From the IMG/VR virus record IMGVR_UViG_3300025162_000016, positions 186,001-250,000 of that record: a DNA stretch of 64,000 bases; one strand, written 5' to 3'. Below, piece after piece: positions 8,760-18,981 of the stretch; within the stretch, counting starts at the first letter, position 1; each line of letters starts with the position of its first letter. The notes beneath the pieces are model-generated. The model ran no database searches. It was not told the DNA's origin and was given only the letters and a program-made list of their open reading frames with translations. The translations under genes were made by a program, and so were the position numbers.

Positions 8760-11208
8760 GAAGTTGTCTTTGTAGTTTGATTTTAGTCATTTGTAAAATG
8801 TTATCCACTGCCGCTTGTCCGAATTTTTCTTTTATTCTAATTAAAAATTTAGGATTTGTATGATACGTTAAAAAGGCGTCATCTCGGAATTTCAATACTT
8901 CTTTATTACTCAAATGGTTGGTATGCATTGGAAACGTTTCATATGCATGAAAGGAAAATCCCAAATAGTCGGTTGGCATCGCATCTCCTTTATCCAGTGC
9001 TTCTTTATAGATTTGGCTTCCCGGTAATGGCATCACTGCATACGCATTCCATCCACGGGTGGCAAGCTCAAGGCTCAAATCCAATGTAGCTTTCATGCTT
9101 TCATAATCATCCCCTATATGTCCGAAAAGATAGTTTCCCAAGACTTCAATATCTGCTTCCTCTATCTTTTTTACTACATCCCGAATATCGACATCTAAGA
9201 ATTTTCCTTTAGAAATTTCCAGACGAATTTTTTGGCTTCCGCTTTCAATTCCGAGACATAACCATCGGAATCCCGCTTTACGAAGAAGTTTCAAAACGCC
9301 GGGGTCTTTGGATACAGTATCGATACGTGAATATGCCCATAAAAGGAGGTCTTTACTGTATTCTTTTTTGGCAAGTCCTTCACAGATAGGCACATAGTAT
9401 TTAGAATTGAGTAAAAACATTTCGTCGCATAAGCGAATAGTGCTAACTCCCATCTCATGGAGTTTATCAAACTGTTTCAATATAAATTCCGGAGACCAAT
9501 ACCGCATACCTTTGTAGTTTGATGCTACACCGATAGGGTCATTATCGTTTCGGTTGATGATATTAATCATGCAATTATGGGTCAAAACGTTGTTTGCATA
9601 AAAATTATTATGAGGTTCGCATTGTAAATTAAACGTTTCAGTATTTTCGTCTATAACTTTTATATCTTCAATTCTAACATAATGGGGGCAGTTTATAGCC
9701 TTTTCTAACATTATTTTTGTATATCTTTTACCCCCAAAACCTCTATCAAAATTAGTTTTTGAGTGACAACTGGCACAAAGAGTTATAAGATTTGAAGTTT
9801 GATTATTATACTTATTATAATCAATGTGGTGAACATCCAATTTTCCGGTCGTTTTTTTACATTCCTGACATGTATTATTATCACGTATTTTAACGGATTT
9901 TCTCACTCGTCTGTTTTTGCTTAGATAATATGGTTTAAATTTTACACATTTTCCACCGTCCCATTTGGGATTTTTTTCTTTTAAAAATCGTTCACTTGCT
10001 TTATCTTGATTTTTTCGTGAATACATCGGATTAGCATCAGATAACATTTTTTCTCGGGCCATTTTAGATGCCATTTCTCGTCCTTTTTCTGTACAAAGAT
10101 GTGGAATTGTTTTACCCGTAATGAATCGTTCTTTGCTTGTTTTGGAAGTTTTAGACCGGGTTTCATTGACAAACATGGGATTATAATGCTTCATTCTGAA
10201 TATATTTTTGTCGTTTGCATCAACTACAAGTATTTTATCTCCTATTTTAAGATTTTCTGCGTTTACCCACGTTCCATCGTTATAAAATGGATGCTCTCCG
10301 GTACATTTCACGATTTTATTATCGGTTAGTTTAATATGATATATTTTTTCGGAACGTAGATTGTTAGACACTATTACAACGGTTTCAGAAATTTCCAATT
10401 TATTTTCATCCCATGCTAAGAGTTTATCTCCGATTTTTACATCTTCGATTTTTTTATTCTTATCATGTGAAAGAGTTATTTTCGTGCCCGCAGATAAACA
10501 GAAATTACACCCAAATTTGCATCCAAATGATGAAAATAATGTAGCATAGGGTGTTCGGAGGTTAGCATCGTAGTTAGCGTGCCACATGGGAGCCCTATAA
10601 AGATCAAAGGGTTTTTCTTTCTTTGGTAACAAGTCCCACGCATAGCCGGGAAGATCAATGTCCATTCGTTCTTGAGGCACAATCTTTCCAGGTGCCGTTA
10701 AAAAAGGCTTTCCGTCTTTTCGAAATCCAATTCCGTTAATTTGTCCCAAGGTTGACGGGTCCGTTGTCGCTTGAATACCGGCGAGTGCCCACAATGCATA
10801 GACGCCTTCGTTAGTTAGAACAATATCAATGCTCGGCTCGTCTTGCAGAGCTTTGATGGGAAGAGCCTGCATATAGGAACCTACGAATATGTTCGGGATT
10901 TTGCAATCACTAGATTTGAGATATTTAGACAATTGTGTCGCCCCATACATACTCACTGTTCCGGCATTTACGTTTTGTCCATAGACAACGAAGCATAACC
11001 ATTTGGGATTTAGTTCTTTGATCCTTTGAAGTCCCTGTTCGTGAGATTGGTTCTCCGCATTCATGTCAAGAATGCCAACCTCATGTCCTACGGAACGACA
11101 CGACTCGGCAAGTAGTAAACCCCAAGTGGGTGGTTCAATAGAAGAATAGGTTGTTTTCAGTTCTTGATAAACCCGGTCATTTGATGGTATTACAAATAAG
11201 ATGTCCAT
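8749..11208 (-). CDS. cobalamin-binding radical SAM enzyme (class B methylase-like) with intein
   Basis: N-terminal B12-binding domain; CKFGCNF|C after splicing gives CxxxCxxC; DEMF, GIESG; start re-placed at MDILFV. Confidence 0.9.
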   Translation of the reverse strand: MDILFVIPSNDRVYQELKTTYSSIEPPTWGLLLAESCRSVGHEVGILDMNAENQSHEQGLQRIKELNPKWLCFVVYGQNVNAGTVSMYGATQLSKYLKSSDCKIPNIFVGSYMQALPIKALQDEPSIDIVLTNEGVYALWALAGIQATTDPSTLGQINGIGFRKDGKPFLTAPGKIVPQERMDIDLPGYAWDLLPKKEKPFDLYRAPMWHANYDANLRTPYATLFSSFGCKFGCNFCLSAGTKITLSHDKNKKIEDVKIGDKLLAWDENKLEISETVVIVSNNLRSEKIYHIKLTDNKIVKCTGEHPFYNDGTWVNAENLKIGDKILVVDANDKNIFRMKHYNPMFVNETRSKTSKTSKERFITGKTIPHLCTEKGREMASKMAREKMLSDANPMYSRKNQDKASERFLKEKNPKWDGGKCVKFKPYYLSKNRRVRKSVKIRDNNTCQECKKTTGKLDVHHIDYNKYNNQTSNLITLCASCHSKTNFDRGFGGKRYTKIMLEKAINCPHYVRIEDIKVIDENTETFNLQCEPHNNFYANNVLTHNCMINIINRNDNDPIGVASNYKGMRYWSPEFILKQFDKLHEMGVSTIRLCDEMFLLNSKYYVPICEGLAKKEYSKDLLLWAYSRIDTVSKDPGVLKLLRKAGFRWLCLGIESGSQKIRLEISKGKFLDVDIRDVVKKIEEADIEVLGNYLFGHIGDDYESMKATLDLSLELATRGWNAYAVMPLPGSQIYKEALDKGDAMPTDYLGFSFHAYETFPMHTNHLSNKEVLKFRDDAFLTYHTNPKFLIRIKEKFGQAAVDNILQMTKIKLQRQLHDK
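9574..10500 (-). mobile_element. intein with HNH homing endonuclease (309 aa)
   Basis: Starts CLSAGT, block B CTGEHPF, ends VLTHN|C; HNH core TCQEC..VHHID..N...NLITLC..CH. Confidence 0.92.
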
Positions 11209-11209
11209 G

Positions 11210-12184
11210 TTAATATGTTTGATTTTGATAAAGAGTAAGGAATTCCGTAATTTTTTCAATTGATAATCCATGTGCATCTAACATTTCATCTCTCGTGCCA
11301 TTTCCTAAAATATAGCCTTCTTCTAGACCAAAGCGTTTGAGTTTACATTGAAGATTTTTATCGGCAATGGTGTCTGCAATAACGGAGGAAAATCCTCCCC
11401 CGTTTAATGTTTGCTCTTCTAATGTTACAACCAACTCAGCGTGTTTTAAATAGTTATCTAGTACAACCGGAATGGGTTTGATTTGAAATACATCAAATAC
11501 GTTACAATCGATTGTTTTAGTAATTTTAAGTGCTCGACTTAATAGATATCCTGAAGTAACCAAACAAATTTTTGTGCGGCATCCTTCGTCTTTCAATGGA
11601 AACACTCCTTGATTGTTTTCCATATCAAATCCATTATACTGTGTTTCGGTGGTGGCATCATATGTTTTTTCATAAAACACATCCAAAGCGGTATCGTATG
11701 CTCGTTCAAGTCTTATATAAATCAATTTTCGGTTTTTATACGTATATTTTACCAATTGTTTGACTGCGGGATTGGTTGCGGGAGAATAAATTTCTATTCC
11801 GCATATGCTTCGCATATACGCCATATCATCTGTCGGATTGTGGGCGGCACCCGCTGGTGCATATCCTAGTCCGACTCCCACTCCTAGAATGGTAATAGGG
11901 TTTTGAGCAATTGCACATGAATATCTAATCTGCTCGAAGCATCGAGCCGACCAGCATGCCATATAATAAACATATACCTTTTTCCCACGGCTAGAGAACC
12001 CTGCCGCTACATTGATGGAGTTCTGTTCTGAAATGCCGGTTGCGAAAAATTGATTTGGAACTTCTTCTCTCCATTTGTCTAACGCCGGTGCTCCCATATC
12101 CGGAGAAATTAGAATTACATCTTTATCCTTTTTAGCTAGAGTTAGAAGCTCCATTAAAAATAAATCTCGTTGGGTAACACTCAT
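11210..12184 (-). CDS. transketolase C-terminal (pyrimidine-binding) subunit
   Basis: GISEQN, EQIR, YIRLER, TLEEQ; ATGA overlap with upstream gene. Confidence 0.9.
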   Translation of the reverse strand: MSVTQRDLFLMELLTLAKKDKDVILISPDMGAPALDKWREEVPNQFFATGISEQNSINVAAGFSSRGKKVYVYYMACWSARCFEQIRYSCAIAQNPITILGVGVGLGYAPAGAAHNPTDDMAYMRSICGIEIYSPATNPAVKQLVKYTYKNRKLIYIRLERAYDTALDVFYEKTYDATTETQYNGFDMENNQGVFPLKDEGCRTKICLVTSGYLLSRALKITKTIDCNVFDVFQIKPIPVVLDNYLKHAELVVTLEEQTLNGGGFSSVIADTIADKNLQCKLKRFGLEEGYILGNGTRDEMLDAHGLSIEKITEFLTLYQNQTY

Positions 12185-12966
12185 GACAGTTCGTCCTTTC
12201 CTTGTTGAATAAGCTCTGATTCTTTGGGAATAATAGTATGATATTGCCATACTCCCTCCATATAACTAACGCCTTTGCCTTTGATGGTGTTGGCTATAAC
12301 TATCTGTGGTTTTTTTGGTTTGTGTGCAAAAATATGTCGTATTTGTCTAAAATTATGACCATCAATTTCTTCTACTTCGTAGCCAAATGCTTTGAACTTT
12401 TCGGGTAGGGGGTTAAGTTTTACCATATCTTCGGTTGCGCCAAGGATACAAAGTTGATTTCGATCCACGATTAGCCGAATGTTATTCAAGTTGTGATGGG
12501 AAATAAACAGTAATGTCTCCCACACTGAGCCTTCATAGAGTTCCCCATCTCCGAGAATCACATAAATGTCTCGGTCTTTATCATATCCTCGTCCAGCAGC
12601 GAACCCAATACCATTTCCGAGTGATCCGCCCACGAATTGACAACCGGGAATTTTGTAATTACAATGCATGGGTAAAATGCCATTTTTTGTTCCATACTTT
12701 GCTAGTTCTTCCATTGGAAAGTATTTCAAATCCGCAAGAATAGGATACATTGTGGGTGCTCCATGTCCTTTACTGAAAACTATCTCATCATTGTCTGGAT
12801 CAAATAATGAGTATGAATCATAAAATAAGGACACTAATATGTCAACGGTTGACAGACAAGTAGCTAAGTGTCCTATTTTTGAACGGGTCTTGAAATCAAA
12901 AATTTCTCGTCGTACCCATTTCGCTTTTTCTCGTAATTCTTTTGAGGATTTTAGGATAGTTTTCAT
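12181..12966 (-). CDS. transketolase N-terminal (TPP-binding) subunit
   Basis: SKGHG, GSLGNG, GDGELYEG...DRN, TIKGKG. Confidence 0.92.
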   Translation of the reverse strand: MKTILKSSKELREKAKWVRREIFDFKTRSKIGHLATCLSTVDILVSLFYDSYSLFDPDNDEIVFSKGHGAPTMYPILADLKYFPMEELAKYGTKNGILPMHCNYKIPGCQFVGGSLGNGIGFAAGRGYDKDRDIYVILGDGELYEGSVWETLLFISHHNLNNIRLIVDRNQLCILGATEDMVKLNPLPEKFKAFGYEVEEIDGHNFRQIRHIFAHKPKKPQIVIANTIKGKGVSYMEGVWQYHTIIPKESELIQQGKDELS

Positions 12967-13496
12967 GTTTTTATTCCCGCATCACGGGCAGACAGAATTG
13001 GATTGTTATTAACTGGCCAAAATACATTGTATTCTGGATCATTCCACATGATATGATATTGGTCTTCTTGTTTAACATAACTGTTTGATAGTTTATAACT
13101 AAATATGCAAGTGTCAGATATACATAGGTGAGCGTTTACACAGCCAGCCGGAACAATTACTTGTTTTCTATTTTTATCGTTCAATTGGAAACTTTCAACC
13201 TTTTTATATGTTTTTGAATCCTTTCTAAGGTCGATGACCACTAACTGAATAATTCCATGGAGACATTGAAGGATTTTCCATGTTTTTGCGTCTCCGTGAA
13301 ACCCTCGTAATACGGTTTGCTGTGAGAATGAAAAAGAATCTACTATAAATGTGGTTTTCGGAAGCCCAAATTCATTGAAAATTCTATCATATTCATCCTG
13401 ATAGAACGTTTCAACGTTTTCGCCCCGAAAATCGTAGAAAACATCTGGCTCTATTGTCAGGAGTTTGTCTATTTTTTGGCTTTGGGTGATGTTCAT
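12963..13496 (-). CDS. rmlC: dTDP-4-dehydrorhamnose 3,5-epimerase family
   Basis: DFRG, VLRGFH, DLRKDSKTY, WNDP...WP, LSARD. Confidence 0.9.
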   Translation of the reverse strand: MNITQSQKIDKLLTIEPDVFYDFRGENVETFYQDEYDRIFNEFGLPKTTFIVDSFSFSQQTVLRGFHGDAKTWKILQCLHGIIQLVVIDLRKDSKTYKKVESFQLNDKNRKQVIVPAGCVNAHLCISDTCIFSYKLSNSYVKQEDQYHIMWNDPEYNVFWPVNNNPILSARDAGIKT

Positions 13497-14443
13497 ATTC
13501 CTACAAATGGACCATTAGAATATTTAAGAATAGGACACGCCATTAATACTTCATGAATAGCATCGTCCAGAGAAAAAGCTGGTTTCCATCCTAATGATTC
13601 TAGTTTCTCATTGGAAACGATGTAATTTCTCTGATCTGGATCTTTGTTAATCTGCGATTCGGTTATAAAAAAGTCCGGCACTTGTTTTTTTATTGCTAAA
13701 CACAGTTCCATTTTATTTATATTGCAACGGGAATCTCCTACATTATAAATCTGTCCTCGCATCTTTTTGATTGTTATTGCAAAATGAATGGCGGTTGCAA
13801 CTTCCCGAATGTGAATGAAGTTGCGTAAAAAATTAGATTCAAACAGCACTATAAATTTATCGTTATAGGCTCTCCATATAAAATCATTGACTAAAAGATC
13901 CAATCTCATTTTACGAGAAACTCCCATAACGGTAGCCAATCGCAATGAAATGTTGTTTCCCTTTTCCATAATAGCTTTTTCTGCCGCACATTTAGTTATA
14001 CCATATGATGATATAGGATTGAGTGGGGTTTTTTCCGTACAATGAACGGGGGCTCCTTCTATTTGCTCTCCTGTCCCATATCCGGAATTTGTGGTGACAC
14101 ACACAATTAATTGGTCTTTGCTGGATATATTCGCAAGAAATTCGGCACTTTCTTGATTTACTTGTTTTGTTTCGAACGGAAATCGATTGCACATTGGCAT
14201 ACCAACAATTGCGGCTAAGTTTATAATAATATCTGCATTAATAATAGCCTTTTTATATTGCTCTTTGTCTCGAACATCTCCGTAAATGAAATTGAAGTTT
14301 GGGCGACTACATTGTTCGATAATACCATGTTGGCGGTGTATTAGATTATCATATACGGTAACTCTATATCCTAGATTTAAAAGATAATCTGTAAGGACGC
14401 ATCCGATATATCCTGCTCCTCCAGTTAATAGAATTCTATTCAT
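13493..14443 (-). CDS. NAD-dependent nucleotide-sugar epimerase/dehydratase
   Basis: TGGAGYIG, YGITK, LRLATV. Confidence 0.92.
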   Translation of the reverse strand: MNRILLTGGAGYIGCVLTDYLLNLGYRVTVYDNLIHRQHGIIEQCSRPNFNFIYGDVRDKEQYKKAIINADIIINLAAIVGMPMCNRFPFETKQVNQESAEFLANISSKDQLIVCVTTNSGYGTGEQIEGAPVHCTEKTPLNPISSYGITKCAAEKAIMEKGNNISLRLATVMGVSRKMRLDLLVNDFIWRAYNDKFIVLFESNFLRNFIHIREVATAIHFAITIKKMRGQIYNVGDSRCNINKMELCLAIKKQVPDFFITESQINKDPDQRNYIVSNEKLESLGWKPAFSLDDAIHEVLMACPILKYSNGPFVGI

Positions 14444-14864
14444 ATGTGTTTGCTAATAATTTCGATGAACTATACACTTTTGGTAAAGGAATTGCAACAT
14501 ATTTTATTTTATTATCTCGACACGTTTTAATCTCCGCCGATTCTATATTTTTTCCTATTCTATCTCCACTATTGAAGAAAAGCAAGTCGTCATCTAGATA
14601 GATTTTACGAAGAAATAACAGTGTCTGGCACACGGTTCTATCCGTGTCTATAGAAATTTTTACCGTATTTACGTCTCGCAGATGACTCATTATGAATGCT
14701 CGATGGTCTTGATCCATGAATGGTTTAGACCCTTTGAGTTTTACTTGTAAATCATTATTGACGATAACGGTTAAATGATCGCAGAGAAGTCGTGATGCGA
14801 CAATATATTCGATGTGTCCTCGGTGAAGAGGTGAAAAATAACCCGAAACAATTCCTCTTCTCAT
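14436..14864 (-). CDS. cytidylyl/adenylyltransferase (HxGH family, RfaE/TagD-like)
   Basis: SGYFSPLHRGH, GDR, SSSKL. Confidence 0.88.
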   Translation of the reverse strand: MRRGIVSGYFSPLHRGHIEYIVASRLLCDHLTVIVNNDLQVKLKGSKPFMDQDHRAFIMSHLRDVNTVKISIDTDRTVCQTLLFLRKIYLDDDLLFFNSGDRIGKNIESAEIKTCRDNKIKYVAIPLPKVYSSSKLLANTYE

Positions 14865-14866
14865 AT

Positions 14867-15835
14867 TTATATATTTGTTTCCGCATGAATGACCGATGTT
14901 CCCTCATTTTCAAATTTAAAATCTAGTATGGAATCATTGAATTTGTCATAAAGTATTTTTTTAGTAATTGAGTTGCAAATTACAAGAATAAACCCACATC
15001 CTCCAGCGCCGAGCAGTTTCCAACCATACGCCCCGGTTCCTTTAATCTCTTCGATGATTTGATTTATTTTGTGGGTGCTGATGAGTGGAGATATTTGCTG
15101 TTTTTCTTCCCATGCCATTTTAAGCAATTTTCCGATTTGTTCAATATTTTCACTTAGGAAAAATTGATACGCCTCCCTTGCTATTTCCAATATAGCTTTT
15201 TTGTCTCGATTTTCATGAGATTTAGCAATAGTGTTTTGTTCTCTCTGATCATTTGTATAAATGAGAAGCATCGATTCTTGCAGTTCATTTTTGAATTCTT
15301 TAGTAATCGGTAAGGGCTTTACAAAAAATTTTCCATCTTTATGAATTTCAATAGTATTAAATCCTCCATACATTGGCCAAATTTGATCTTGAATACCACC
15401 GGGTTCGTTTAATAGATACCTTTCAATAAAGATGGCTTCATCCACCAATGCTTTTTTCGAGATTTCTGGGGTTTTAAATATTTTATCTAGTAAATGAAGC
15501 ATGCCGATACAAAATGAGGATGAACCACCTAATCCGGTTCGTGCGGGTATATCTGAGAAAGAAAAAAATTCAATGGCGGTATTGATTTTACGGTGTTTTA
15601 AAACTTCTCGAATTAAAGGATTTTGAATTTCATCCCAAATTTTAACACGTTGTAATTGTGAATAAGTAATAACACTCTCTCTGGACATGATAGAAGGTCG
15701 TTTCCTCATTGAAAGATACACATGTTTATCTATGGTTGTTCCGATAAGAAAGGAACCGTGATTTTCGTAGAAATCTTTATAATCCGTAGATCCCCCAAAA
15801 AGAGATATTCTAAATGGTGATTTTACTATGATCAT
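14867..15835 (-). CDS. hddA: GHMP sugar kinase, HddA-like (heptose 7-phosphate 1-kinase)
   Basis: SPFRISLFGGSTD, GLGGSSS, GGIQDQ, KLLGAGGCG. Confidence 0.85.
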   Translation of the reverse strand: MIIVKSPFRISLFGGSTDYKDFYENHGSFLIGTTIDKHVYLSMRKRPSIMSRESVITYSQLQRVKIWDEIQNPLIREVLKHRKINTAIEFFSFSDIPARTGLGGSSSFCIGMLHLLDKIFKTPEISKKALVDEAIFIERYLLNEPGGIQDQIWPMYGGFNTIEIHKDGKFFVKPLPITKEFKNELQESMLLIYTNDQREQNTIAKSHENRDKKAILEIAREAYQFFLSENIEQIGKLLKMAWEEKQQISPLISTHKINQIIEEIKGTGAYGWKLLGAGGCGFILVICNSITKKILYDKFNDSILDFKFENEGTSVIHAETNI

Positions 15836-17004
15836 ATTGCATTGAGTAATTGTGTCAGCCAAATGATATTTTTAATTTCCAATTCGGGATAGTTTCCGAT
15901 ATACCATCCGAAGAAATGACAATGATCGCAATTAGGGAATTTTTCGGCATAATGTGTTCCATATCGGCGGGTCAAATATGGTTGTCGAAGTTGATTCCCT
16001 CCCCCAGACATCCCCCTGCGAAATTCTACTTCATTCTCACGAAGAACCTTTTCTACTTGATTTCTGAGTAGTATGTCTTTATCTTTTAACATAAGCGTAA
16101 ACGCATAGTTACTATTTCCTTCCAAATTAAAATCCGTGACATATCGGGTTGGATTAAGATTGTTTAGGAAGGTGGCAATATTTTCACGTCTTTTTGCATT
16201 GTTTTCATCTAATCGAGGAAGTTGGTTTAATGCTAGAACCGCATTAATTTCGGTGGAACGAAAGTTATAGGCATCTTGCATAAAAATGAAATCCGGATTC
16301 AAATCCGGAAGACTTTTAATAGTATCACTTTTTAGTATCGCACTATCTGATTCTCGGAGCATACCATGAGAACGAAGTATTCTCGCTCTTTCATACGTCC
16401 ATTCATTATTAGTGCAAACCATACCTCCTTCAATGGAAGTCATATGATGGGCATAATAAAATGAAAAATTAGACACAGCTCCGAATGTTCCTACCTTTTT
16501 GCCATTGAAAGTTGCACCGGGCGATTCGCATACATCTTCGATGAGGTAAATGTTTTTAGTAGCATCTAATATTTTTTGAGTGAGTCCATTATATCCTAGA
16601 ATATGAGTAAGTAAAACAGCTAAAGTATTTGGGCCAATACATTTTAGAAGTTGATCTTCGTCGAGGGCAAGGGTTTTGGGGTTTATGTCGCAAAAAATAG
16701 GAGTAAGCCCAGCATGAAGAATGGCTGATATATCGGAAACCCAATTAAGGGGAGATACGATAACCTCTCGTCGGTTTTTTCTATCTGCTACTACCTGAAG
16801 TAATGCCAACGTGAGAATGTTTGCTGAACTGCCCGAATTGACAAAAACACTGTATTTTATACCAAGCCATTTGCTCCACGCTTCTTCAAATTCTCTTACT
16901 TTTTTGCTATTAGTAAGAATAGGGAGCGGTCTTTGCGAAAGAAACTTGACGAGAGCGTCGGCATCTCCGTCGGTAATATTATTGGACATTAATGGCCACT
17001 TCAT
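15832..17004 (-). CDS. DegT-family PLP enzyme, ColD/E1-like 3-dehydratase
   Basis: NSGSSAN, EDVCES, FSFYYAHHMTSIEGG (His in place of Schiff-base Lys). Confidence 0.85.
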   Translation of the reverse strand: MKWPLMSNNITDGDADALVKFLSQRPLPILTNSKKVREFEEAWSKWLGIKYSVFVNSGSSANILTLALLQVVADRKNRREVIVSPLNWVSDISAILHAGLTPIFCDINPKTLALDEDQLLKCIGPNTLAVLLTHILGYNGLTQKILDATKNIYLIEDVCESPGATFNGKKVGTFGAVSNFSFYYAHHMTSIEGGMVCTNNEWTYERARILRSHGMLRESDSAILKSDTIKSLPDLNPDFIFMQDAYNFRSTEINAVLALNQLPRLDENNAKRRENIATFLNNLNPTRYVTDFNLEGNSNYAFTLMLKDKDILLRNQVEKVLRENEVEFRRGMSGGGNQLRQPYLTRRYGTHYAEKFPNCDHCHFFGWYIGNYPELEIKNIIWLTQLLNAI

Positions 17005-18094
17005 AGGTAAATCTGTCTCCGTAAATTGTTTTTAGTTTTTCGATCACATTGGAATTATCTCTAATTATTACATTATACCCTCGTCTCGCTAATTCCTCTG
17101 CGAACTGAAGTTTTTGCGATTCTTCAATGATATCGGTGTTTGGTTTATAAGTTACTGATTCTATCAATACCGGTGTGATATTGTTTGTGCATTTGCTTAC
17201 AAACTCATTCACTTGATTAATTAGATGTGTTTGATTGCTTTTATCAGTTGCATAGCTGATATGCGGATAGACGCCATTCTCTTCACAAAACAAACCAAAC
17301 ATTTTATTATCTCGGGGGAAGCATGGTCCTCCAAACCCATACCCATATTTCAAATATTTAGGTCCAACACGAGAATCCGCCCCAATTGCTGAAAGTATTT
17401 TCTCAAAATCTAATCCCATTTTGCTAGCTACATCTCCCACCATATTCGCAAAAGCTATCTTGGTAGTAATATAACAGTTTAGGGCTATTTTAGTGATTTC
17501 TGCTTCTGTTAATCCCATTCTTTTCAAGTGGAAATCGGAATGACACATGTCGTAATAAATCTCCGAAACCAATTTCCCGCTTTCTTGCGAGGTTTCTCCT
17601 ATCAAAATCATATCTGGATTTAATTGATCTTGAATAATAGATCCTTGGGCGATAAACTCAGGATTATAAACCACTTCGTAATTCAGATTTTTTAATCTTT
17701 CATATACTGTTTGACTATACCCCGGTTCGACTGTACTGGATATGACGAGATGTTTTGTATTTGGTTGAACTCCTAAACTCACGAGTCCCGCAACGATTCT
17801 ATCGATGTATTGATGGTCGAATCTCCCTGATTTAAGTGACGGGGTATGAACCACTACAAATAGGATATCATTTTTTAAGGCAGTTTTAATATCCGTCGAT
17901 GCGGTAAATTTTTTACTATGGCGCAGTAGTTCATCAACATCTGGTTCCGGTGATTGGAATGTTTTATCATTGAGTTGACGAACATAGGATTCGATGACAT
18001 CAACACCGATTACTTCATAACCACATTGTTCTAAATTGAGGGCTAAACATAGTCCCAATCGCCCTGCTCCTATAATTGATACACTTTTATTCAT
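16979..18094 (-). CDS. ugd: UDP-glucose/GDP-mannose 6-dehydrogenase
   Basis: IIGAGRLG, SSTV.PG, NPEF, GFGGPCFPRD, YKPNTD. Confidence 0.9.
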   Translation of the reverse strand: MNKSVSIIGAGRLGLCLALNLEQCGYEVIGVDVIESYVRQLNDKTFQSPEPDVDELLRHSKKFTASTDIKTALKNDILFVVVHTPSLKSGRFDHQYIDRIVAGLVSLGVQPNTKHLVISSTVEPGYSQTVYERLKNLNYEVVYNPEFIAQGSIIQDQLNPDMILIGETSQESGKLVSEIYYDMCHSDFHLKRMGLTEAEITKIALNCYITTKIAFANMVGDVASKMGLDFEKILSAIGADSRVGPKYLKYGYGFGGPCFPRDNKMFGLFCEENGVYPHISYATDKSNQTHLINQVNEFVSKCTNNITPVLIESVTYKPNTDIIEESQKLQFAEELARRGYNVIIRDNSNVIEKLKTIYGDRFTYEVAINVQ

Positions 18095-18981
18095 GATTTT
18101 TTCGGAATATTTTCTAAGAATTCCCGTTTATTATCGTACAGCCAATCTACAGTTGTTTTATACCCCTTTGCTCGTTCTAAGTTATCTAATACGGCATCTA
18201 TTTTGGATTCATATAGTTCTTTGGTAAGCGTCGGTAGGATTTTTCCTAGTTCATCTAGGGTTTCAAACCGAACAATTCCAGCCGGATTGAAAAATTTTTC
18301 TAGACATTTACTACCACAAAATACGGGTATAGTTCCTACAACCATCGCATCGGTTACTTGTTCCGAAAACCAATCATCTATATTAGTATTTGGAATAATA
18401 ATAGAAAACCTATAAGGAGCTAACGCTATAATTTTACCCATTCCCGAGGGAAGATATGTGTCTAATATGTTGTTAAAACCACGTCCGAATACTTCAATTT
18501 TATCTCCAAATCTTTCCACCACGTCGTATCGCATTTTATGTCCGGTAATCCATCGTTTTTGAGACACTATAATTGATACGTTACGTTCTTTTTCATAATT
18601 TCCATAATCTTCTGGCGCAATACCTTGTACGCAGAAATAAATCCAATGAAATTTGTCTTTTCCTACCCAGTTTTCTATAAAACGATATGATGTAAAAACG
18701 TAATCAAAATGCTGGTGATTTTTTTCTAGCCATTTATAGGGATGAAACATGTTTGGATCGAACTGTCCAGCATTATCGTAAATAGTAGGGACTTCTTCCA
18801 TCAAAGCTATTTTGATTTTACCGTTATAATTGACATGTTCTGGAAGTCGCTTGTCTTCGAAAATATGAACATCGCCATTCTTATTTCCAGTATACCAATC
18901 CCATGCTTTTTTGGAGGGAGGAACCCAATGCTGAATTCCTTCCCATGTATCCATTCCTGTATGTGCGGTGATTATGTTCAT
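18091..18981 (-). CDS. GT10-like (alpha-1,3-fucosyltransferase-like) protein
   Basis: YRFSI.I.N...DWFSEQ..DA...GTIPVF.G, a degenerate GT10 motif. Confidence 0.7.
   Translation of the reverse strand: MNIITAHTGMDTWEGIQHWVPPSKKAWDWYTGNKNGDVHIFEDKRLPEHVNYNGKIKIALMEEVPTIYDNAGQFDPNMFHPYKWLEKNHQHFDYVFTSYRFIENWVGKDKFHWIYFCVQGIAPEDYGNYEKERNVSIIVSQKRWITGHKMRYDVVERFGDKIEVFGRGFNNILDTYLPSGMGKIIALAPYRFSIIIPNTNIDDWFSEQVTDAMVVGTIPVFCGSKCLEKFFNPAGIVRFETLDELGKILPTLTKELYESKIDAVLDNLERAKGYKTTVDWLYDNKREFLENIPKKS

Noticed and set aside
11210-12966. Transketolase as a pentose-phosphate auxiliary metabolic gene
   Set aside because: Split form embedded in a nucleotide-sugar operon fits glycan biosynthesis better
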